A DNA stretch of 8,322 bases from Ascoidea asiatica JCM 7603 (Eukaryota > Fungi > Ascomycota). A program made the translations under genes and the position numbers. A model generated the notes under the pieces. It was not told the DNA's origin. It did no database searches and worked only from the letters and a program-made list of their open reading frames with translations. The DNA lies in NCBI GenBank assembly GCA_001600695.1, contig BCKQ01000013.1:343652-351973 (forward strand), in the 5' to 3' direction. This document shows, piece after piece, positions 1 to 8,000 of this stretch. The stretch's first letter is position 1. Each line of letters starts with the position of its first letter.

Positions 1-440
1 ATGATCTGCTTTATTATGGCTGTAAATAATTATATCATCAACATAAACCATAACATAAGGTAGATGGCCTAAAATTTTCATCATAAATGATGGAAAGGTA
101 TAAGTACCATTGACTAAGCCAAAAGGCACGACATTGAATTGATAATGACCTGAATTGGAAGAAAAAGCAGTTTTAGCTTTACTATCATTATCTAAAGCAA
201 TTTGGTAAAAGCCATTTTTCATATCCAAACAAGTGAAGTATTTAGCACCATTGAGTTTATTAAGGCAAATATCAATAGATGGCAAAGGAAAATAATGCCT
301 AACACTAATAGCATTTAATTTCCTATAATCAACGCAAACTCTATAAGTTCTATCATTTTTTGGAACAAGAACTAATGGAAAGTTCCAACCACTTTTAGTT
401 TCAGAAATTAATCCAGATTCTAGATTTGATTTATCAAATT
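1..440 (-). other. Reverse transcriptase domain (N-terminal part, through YXDD)
   Basis: RVCVDYRKLN, first catalytic Asp in LDMKNGFYQI (225-223), PFGL and YVDD (45-34). Confidence 0.97.
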
Positions 441-729
441 CATCAATGAATTTTTGTTGAAGAGGACTATAGTTGTAACTTCCAACATAAATTGGTGTTT
501 CAGAAGTTGTTTCAATAGTGTGTTTAAACAGTCTTTCTGGAGGTAATCTTGGAGTTGAATCATTTAAGTAAGAGTATTTCTTAAGATCAAACACTTGTTC
601 CTCATCTGACTGTGATGTTGAGACATAAAATTTTTCTAATTCATCAACATTTTCTGAACTCAAAATACACTTTTTATCTTGGTTAAAAAGCATAATTGAA
701 AATCTATCACTACCTTTTGCACAAAATTT

Positions 730-1000
730 ATGGTCGTAGAGAAATCTACTTCTAATAGTAATATCGAAAGCTTTTGTTGAACGTTTTGGCAAAACAGCAC
801 ATTTAATGTCAATTAAACCAAAGTTTTCAATGAATAGTGGTAAAATGACATCATTCTTGACTATAATTGTCCCTGTAAACCCATGGATTGTTGTAGGCTT
901 ACGCTGTAGCATTTTGATTTCCAAGCCCTTTAAAGATGATTCTAAAACATAGTTGGATTCAGCACAAGTATCGAAAATAATTTTCATCTTTTTATCATTA
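730..1000 (-). other. Retropepsin-type aspartic protease domain with altered active site (DTC)
   Basis: KIIFDTCAESNYV (Asp codon 972-970) fits the hydrophobic-D(T/S)GA motif with G>C. Flap-like IHGFTG is present, and FDITIRSRFL sits where the usual D-x-x-(L/I)-G-x-x-F-L motif is. Boundaries are approximate. Confidence 0.8.
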
Positions 1001-1257
1001 ACAGAAGAATTGAAATATCTATTAGGAAACTTTTTGTTGTTGGTGTTAATTAATCTAAAATGTTCATCGTCAGAAAAGGATTCTGAGGTCAGTTCCAGCT
1101 CTGACTTTTCAGATTGGTCTTCCTCCACTCCTTCTTCAGCAATTCTGTAACTAGACTTCTTTTCATATTTATTTTTATATCTAGAATTGGAGTTACCTTT
1201 TGATTTTCTATTTGCAGCTTCGGTTTCAGCAATTGTTTTGTATTTTCTACACGAGAA

Positions 1258-1299
1258 ACAAGTATTTCTGAAATGTCCTGGGAGATTACAGAAATCACA
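1258..1299 (-). other. Nucleocapsid zinc knuckle CX2CX4HX4C
   Basis: CDFCNLPGHFRNTC has exact retroviral CCHC spacing and is followed by a basic tract (RKSKGNSNSRYKNKYEKK). Confidence 0.93.
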
Positions 1300-2000
1300 A
1301 GTTTTGGTTGTGGAGCGAATTGCATTGAAGTTTTCCTTTGAGTTTGATTCAATAATTGATTCAAGATTATTGAACTTATAAATATCATTGTCAATAATAA
1401 CTTCATTTGAAACAGCTGTAAAAACAACTCTTGAACTGACCAAGTTAAGTAATTTGTTGAACAATTCAATAGTGGTTTTGGATGGAAATTTTGTTTCCCA
1501 TTGAATTTGATGAGGAAATTCATTTTTAATTTGAGAAATAATTGTTGATCTCATGAAAGTACTAGAAACAGTATTTGAAGGAAGACTTTCATAAGAATTT
1601 CTAAATCTTGTAATACAATCAACAACTTTTTCATTTTCAGAGGGTTTAATTTCTTTGAATTGTTGAATTAAAGCTCTATAATTTTGATCTGTGTCTATAC
1701 TTCCGAGAATGAAAGCACAGGCAGCAGGCCATGAAGGGTTTTTTAAACCATTTCTTGCAATGGTTCTAATGAAATTAATCCATTCTAAATTGATAGATTC
1801 TGGAATATAGTTATAAAGATTTATACCCCATAAATCATATCTTAACCTATTCATTTTGAAGTAAGTTTCAATAGATTATAATTTTAGAATTAATTTTCTA
1901 TCTTGTCTACCTTCAATAATTAAATTTTGTTTTAATTTTGGTGGTTTTGAAGTACCATCCATATCAATACCAGAAGTATCTCTGTTTATTGCCATCCTGG

Positions 2001-2659
2001 CTAAACTAAAACACTTTCAACCTTCGGATTCTCCCAAGCAGCAGACTCAATCTTCATTTCATCATTTTTAATTTGATTGAGATCATATCTACAGTTATTA
2101 ACCTCATTCAGTTCATTCAATATGTTCTGGTTGTTTTGTTTGGGTGCTTGGAAACCTTGTGCATGCTTTTAAACTTTTGGAGCAGCAGCTGGTATAGTTG
2201 GTGATTTAAGCATTTCTTCTTTGATTTTGTCTTCAGCTTCAAAAAATCTAGTGTTATCAGCATCATCAGTAGTATTGACATTTGGATGAGCAGCAACATC
2301 TTTATTAGCTGTAGCACTAGTTGTGTCTGAACAAGAAGCATCTTCTTGTTTAATTTGAGCAACAGGATCATTAATTATAAAAGTTTTAGATAGAGAAGAT
2401 GTAATGGACTTAAGCATATTTTTAATAAAATCTCTATCCGATGTTTGATTTGCAATAGTGCATCTTAAATCATCAAAATGCTTGCTGTATATAAGATTAT
2501 TTGAATCTTGATTTTGTAATCTTTCGCTAACATCAAATTTTAGTTTGTTGATTGATTCAGTAACTGATGTATTTTGTTTATCCATTTTATTAAATGTAAC
2601 TTTATTTAAAGCAATATTGGCTTTAATTTTTTGGATGAAGAGTTAATAGTTTCAGTCAT
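2001..2659 (-). pseudogene. Disrupted ORF upstream of gag (~219 aa if repaired): extra element ORF or N-terminal extension of Gag
   Basis: The 138-aa ORF 2585-2169 continues past its TAA for 55 more open codons (KHAQGFQAPKQNNQNIL...SAAWENPKVESVLV) to TAG 2003-2001. Upstream, ATG 2659 (MTETINSSSKK) joins the frame if the A6 run at 2627-2632 is A7. No domain recognised. Confidence 0.55.
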
Positions 2660-2734
2660 GATTCTATTTTCTTCAGTTCAAATTGTGCTGATTATTTTTA
2701 GTTTTGATTTTAAAAAATGTTTTGGTTTTGGAAA

Positions 2735-2760
2735 TTTTTTTTTTTTTTTTTTTTTTTTTT
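2735..2760. repeat. Poly(dT:dA) tract, 26 bp (poly-A in the element leader)
   Basis: 26 consecutive T on the + strand. Confidence 0.97.
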
Positions 2761-3376
2761 AAGTTGAATTTAATACAGGATTATGATTGACAAAAACGAA
2801 ATAAAAAGTAATATCAGTTGAAGCATTAGTAGTATAAATAATTTGAAATATAAAGCAATATTAAAGAAAATATATTACTAGGTTCTTTTATTGTCCTTAC
2901 ACTTCCATACAACATACAATGGGCTTTAATTTTCACCTTGCAATGAGTTGAAAACTAGGATTTCAAACCATGAGATAACTGAACTCGGATTAAATCACTG
3001 CTATTCACATATTAACCCTAAGCACCATAAAGCTAAGATACATGTTCTATAACGGCCACAAGTGTCCTAAATAATATAGGAGGGAATTAGATGTCAGAGG
3101 ATTAACCACTTTTCGAGATCCCTCGCTTTCTAGTATAATAATAAGAGATTCAATGTCGTACTCAGACTTACCTAGAAGATAAAAAACATTAAAAAAATAA
3201 AATAATACTTATCTTTAGTAAGGAATTGATATTCCAAGTTAATTGATAAATTTGATTGTAGTTCAAACGAAATATCTGATTATTATTAAAAGATATCTAA
3301 TTCAAATTATAAACAATTGTTAATTAAAATATAAAAGATATAAAAATTAAATAAAAAATCTGGGAGGTAAGTGCCC

Positions 3377-3384
3377 TATTTATA
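3377..3384 (-). promoter_or_regulatory. TATA box (TATAAATA) oriented toward gag-pol
   Basis: Minus strand reads CTAATATAAATAGGGC, downstream of the GAA/TTC cluster and followed by a T-rich stretch. Confidence 0.55.
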
Positions 3385-3525
3385 TTAGAGGAAAATAGGA
3401 GCGGGTAACCCATCTTGGTATAAAATTTGTAAATTTAGTATGTGAAAGTTCACTTCCCATACTTAAGAAAAGAAATATAATAAAATATTGCTCTAGAAGA
3501 CCCTACTTCATTCTAAGAACAAACA

Positions 3526-3759
3526 CGAAGATTCCAGTACATTCGAGATGCACACAGAACTTCGAAGAAAGAATAAATAGTGCAGACCCGGAATGTTCTA
3601 GTAAATTTAACATGCACACGGAAGTTCTGAGAACGCAATAGAATGTAGTCGTAGATCAATATATGCAATCTTAGAAAGTGTACGAATAGCCAAGAATATT
3701 CGAAGACAATTCTAATAAAAGAATAAAATGATTAACAATCACCGGTCAAGTTCCGGAAA
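3526..3759. promoter_or_regulatory. Cluster of heat-shock-element-like inverted nGAAn units
   Basis: cGAAg-aTTCc-aGTAc-aTTCg-aGATg (3526-3550), gGAAt-gTTCt-aGTAa (3590-3604), aGAAt-aTTCg (3693-3702), gTTCc-gGAAa (3750-3759). None is a perfect 3-unit HSE. Confidence 0.5.
3527..3633. repeat. Diverged direct duplication, 64-bp period, two copies
   Basis: 3527-3569 versus 3591-3633 match at 32/43 positions ungapped. Core ATGCACACaGAAcTTCgaAGAA / ATGCACACgGAAgTTCtgAGAA matches at 18/22. Confidence 0.8.
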
Positions 3760-5063
3760 GTGTATATTTGTAATTCGGTTTCAGAGTAACTGTTGTTTCT
3801 TGCGGTTTGTCCAATAGACGGTTTTCAAATAAAGAAAACTCGCACATAATGCTGTATTTGTGGCCTGTGAAAGTGGCGTTTGGAATGCCGAATTCCAACT
3901 GTCTGATGTCATTTGCTTTGTTTGAAACTCAAAGGAAAGCACATCGCTGTATAGTTAGTCTCGGAAGAATAAAATTTCTTCTTTCGGGAGTCGAATCAAG
4001 ATTTAGGATTCAAAAAAAAGATACAGGACACAACTCTGGAGTATTTAGGATCACCTACTTCAAACCAGAACAATACAAATCAACAAGATCAAAAATTGAA
4101 TAAATCAATAAATATAACGAACAGTAGAATAATTAAATACAATTTATAAAAAAACAAAAAGCGAGAAAAGTAAAACCGAATGATTGGGATATCAAATAAG
4201 AATGTTTCAAAAGAGTCTGATGCATTTCAGAGTGTATCTTTGATTTGTTGTGTAAATGATGGCTAGAATTAGTTTCTAGTCTAGTCTTCTTTCAAGTTCC
4301 AAAACATCAAACGACTTTAATTAATTACAAAAATTCTTTTCTCTTGCCAATTCTCATAAAAGGAATATCAGCTCTCAATAATGGGATAGATAAAATCAAG
4401 GGGTATATCTTTTTGTATCAAAAGTTCAAATTCGAACTGGAATTAATAAAATAGAAATAAAAATAAAGATAAAAACTGAGGAAGAGATTAAACCAACTCA
4501 ATTTAATTTTAAAAGCCGAAAAATTAAGCCTTTTGAAGAACTTTGAGCTGTAACAAACAAGCTCAACTATCTCATTCAATTCCAACTGCTAGTACTTGTG
4601 CCAAGCAAACTTATCTTATTTATTTGCTTTCAGTTATCAAACTTCTTTATTTGGAAATCGGTTTTCCATTTTGAAAGAAATAAAAAAATATTTTTTGCTC
4701 ACTTTCACTGAAAGCCGAAGGTCATTAAAGCTACAAAGTATTTTATGATCACTTATTTCAAATTACTTTTGATTTCGGTGATTGAGAATTAAATACTCTT
4801 TCATTTAATCTCATTTCACTTGTTACTTACTACAATACTAATCAGTAGTACATAAGTTATTAGCTAATGATCTTTATGACATCAGCTCAATACTTCATTA
4901 TGAACAGTTGCTTACAATATTAAAATATCTTACATTATCTTATCTTATATTATATTTAATTATATGAATCGTATTAAATGAAGATTGCATTTAAATTATG
5001 AGAAAAGAATTATATACATTTTACAAAAAGTTTTATCATTTTGAAATTTATCCCTTTTATTAC

Positions 5064-8000
5064 TTACTCATCCTTAATTTCTTCGTTTATTATATTTTCT
5101 TCGTTTTCTTCAATATTCTCAAGAGTTCTACCCCTTGCATAAAACTCTTCTTTAACACCTTCATTGATTTTTTTTAAATAGTCATCAAGATCTAAATATC
5201 CTTTCATAAATACAAATAAAATAGTAATGAAATCTGCTGATATTATTATTGGTTTATAATAAATTTTATTGTTTAAAAAAATTGAGGAATTTTCAAATTT
5301 ATTTGATTCCCTAAAAATATTGAAATAACCTGAATTTTTTTCAAGAATATTAATTCCTCCAATATTTTTATCCATTAATTTTATTTGAGTTAAATATAGT
5401 GAAATTATCAATGGCCACCAAATTAATAAACTTATAAGAAGTGGTAAAAGAAATTTTGTGAAGGCATATTCAACTGAAATTCTTCTCCTATTGATTTCCA
5501 ATGTTAATTTCATATATTTTCTCAAAAATGGTAGTAATGTGAAAAATGATAAAATTGAATGAAATATTATTGTTGTTGAATTTATATTTAATGAATCCAT
5601 TTCAATGTCCCCTTGTAAATATTTAGAAGTTAAATCAATTGTTAATACGTGAATTAAGACAATGTGAATTAAGGTGAGAAAAAATGATAGCCAAAAAAGG
5701 AAAAATACTATTGTTGCAGTTAAGATAAAATGTAAACGATCAATTACTGGCCTCAATAATTGTATTACTAATAAGACATAATAGTTTATGGATAAGTAAA
5801 TTAGTTTTGCTTTTATGACAATTTTTTTCATTAGTGTTATTTCATTTTCATTTTCTGTTTCATTTCCTGTTTCATTTCTCTCTGCCTTTATAATTTCAGT
5901 TTCAACACCATTTATATTTATATTCCCATTTTCATTTAAATTTGGATTTTGAGTTAATTTATTTAACAACGCTCTCCATACTTTCCCCACTTCAGATTTG
6001 AATTGATAAGCATATAAAAGAAAAATAACTAAATTAAATCCATAGTTTAAACTTGGTAGATCTAGTTGAAAAAAATTTATTTCTGATGAGCAATATAGCT
6101 TATCACTACCAATTATGCCGGCTTTGTGTTCCAATAAGCTGATCATACAATTCATTTGTGAAACTGGTTTACCCATTAGAAACATTAGAAATCCACCTCC
6201 AATGAAAAGTAAAACTGAAAAGATCCAAATTGTAAAAATAAATAAAAATATTCTTGTACCAAAATTTGGCGGCCTGTAAATAACTGCATATCCTTTGTTT
6301 AAATTTGTTGGAATAGTATCATTATCCTTAAAATCTGAATCACTATCAATATTATCATTATCATTATTAATTTCATTATTTTTTTTATTTTTCTTATTAT
6401 TTTTATTTTTTTTTGTATATTTATTTTTATTTGGGTTTGGTAATATTTGATCATCTTTGGTAACTGGAATAAATAATGCTTTTAAATATTTTCTTTTTAT
6501 TGAATCATTATCTGGAGCTCTTATATAATTTCCATCAGGTACAAAAATTGCATTAATTGATAAATTTTCTTTGAATAATGCTAATGAGCTTTCATAAGAT
6601 TCAGGTCTTGAATAATCAGGTTTTGAACGAATAATTCTGTGAAATAGATTTCTATAAACAACATAACCTCTTTCTTGTAAATTATCTTTATTCAATAAGA
6701 ACGAGGAAAGTCTGAATTCATGAGAAACCAATGTAAATACCCAGGACCAATATAATCTAGCATATTTTATCATTAATGGTAAGAATTGACCAAATACATA
6801 AAATACTGGACTTGCGAAATAAAATTTCAAAGAGCTCGTAATTTGAATTGGAAACAACAAAATAGGTGAAAAATATTTGATACTATAAGTTACACCTCCA
6901 ATACCAACTAAAATAAAAATTGTATACAATAAACCACTTAATAAAAATCTTGAAATTTGTAAAGATAAGGGTTTAACTAAAGCATCATGAGCTAATCTTA
7001 CATTTGGATCATCTTGAGATCGGATAAAGAATAGAACTCCTGGTCTTAAAATTGATGACCTTATCATACCAACAAATAAAGCAAACAAACACATATAAAT
7101 TGTACCAATAACCCAATGTAAAGTTAATCTAATAGATAAGTTATCTTTAATAACCCAAATTGAACTTGTTGTTAAGCATTTGAAATTTTCAATATCATAA
7201 AAATCATTTAAGGAATCTGGAATTAGTAAAGGATTTAAAGTAAAATCAACTAAAATTCCACAATATGCTGGGAAAATTAATAGTTCAAGGACAAAAATTG
7301 AAAAAACTTTAGAAGTTAAAACAAAATCATAAAGAATAACAAAAATTTCTCTTGAAATACCGGAAAGAGGCTTTAATTTAGAAGTTCCTTTTTGTAAATA
7401 AGATAATATGAATTTGATTGTGTAAGCCACTAATAGATAACCAGAAATTAAAAAAATTAATCTATGGGTAAAGGTTGTTGGATATTTACTTTTTAAAATA
7501 TCATTAATTGTTAAAATTGATGGATTTAAAAATCTATTATTTAAAAATCTAAAACATTTAGTCCAATATCTATGATTAATGATAAACTGATTTAAAATTG
7601 AATCAAATTTCAAACTTAAATTATTAAATAAATTTTTAATTGGAACCGATTTAAAAAATAAATAATTTGTAATAAATAAAAATGATTGATATAAACATTC
7701 AAAAGATAACTTGAAAAAATATTTTCCAGAATATGAAGGTAAGAAATAAAAAGTAAATAACCATAATGCCATTATTGAATCAGCAATTATTGTTAATTTT
7801 AAAGAAGAAGTAATATCAATACCAAAATTTAAAGCTACAAGTAGTTCATCATCAGGAGGTATTTCTTGGGGATTAGGGGCACGAGGGGGCGCTAGATTAA
7901 ATTGAGGTCCAGGAGGCACTCTAATAGGAAGACCATTTGCTTCCCGTTCTCTTTGAACTGGAAATTCAAGTGGTGGTAAATTTTCAAATTGAATTTGTGG

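Larger units (their letters stand above)
1..1995 (-). pseudogene. gag-pol polyprotein frame (Gag, protease, RT), 3'-truncated by the window, one in-frame TAA at 1878-1876
   Basis: Manual translation from ATG 1995: MAINRDTSG...KLILKL*SIETYFKMNRLRYDLWG..., then open to base 1 (next ATG at 1854). It includes CDFCNLPGHFRNTC, KIIFDTCAESNYV, LPPER.FKHTIET, SGWNFPLVLVPKNDRTYRVCVDYRKLN, FTCLDMKNGFYQI, KTAF, YQFNVVPFGLVN and VYVDDIIIYS. Confidence 0.9.
1..3737 (-). mobile_element. Ty3/gypsy (Metaviridae) LTR retrotransposon, 5' part, probably a degenerate copy; continues beyond the left edge
   Basis: Domain order on the minus strand is Gag-CCHC, then PR, then RT, with no integrase between PR and RT (gypsy order, not copia). 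RT motifs are gypsy-type. The right boundary is tentative and taken from the candidate LTR. Confidence 0.9.
3318..3737 (-). repeat. Candidate 5' LTR (~420 bp)
   Basis: Bounded by TGTTAAT...ATTAACA (TG...CA with a 7-bp inverted repeat), upstream of the ORFs, and contains a TATA box and an enhancer-like duplication. The second LTR is outside the window and no PBS was identified, so the ends are unverified. Confidence 0.4.

Noticed and set aside
953-1381. + strand ORFs 953-1150 and 1187-1381
   Set aside because: TTG-started antisense shadows of gag-pol with no independent features.
1089-1523. 144-aa same-strand ORF overlapping gag
   Set aside because: Alternate frame of the CCHC-bearing gag frame, with Leu/Gln/Lys-rich composition typical of an off-frame read.
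2117-2371. 84-aa minus ORF
   Set aside because: Leu/Met/Gln-rich off-frame read of the upstream ORF.
3318-3737. Solo LTR interpretation
   Set aside because: The 5-bp flanks (ACAAT / ATCAC) are not a target-site duplication.
3901-3930. Hammerhead-like CTGATG...GAAAC
   Set aside because: Core is CTGATGT rather than CTGANGA, and there is no convincing stem II.
3985-4000. B-box-like GATTCGACTCC (minus strand), possible tRNA gene as a Ty3-type target
   Set aside because: Flanks do not form a T-stem and no cloverleaf could be built.
4261-4281. Hairpin CTAGAA-N5-TTCTAG
   Set aside because: Short stem expected by chance, with no functional context.
4400-4550. Short Lys/Ile-rich open + frame
   Set aside because: Roughly 40 codons of A-rich low-complexity sequence with no recognisable motif.
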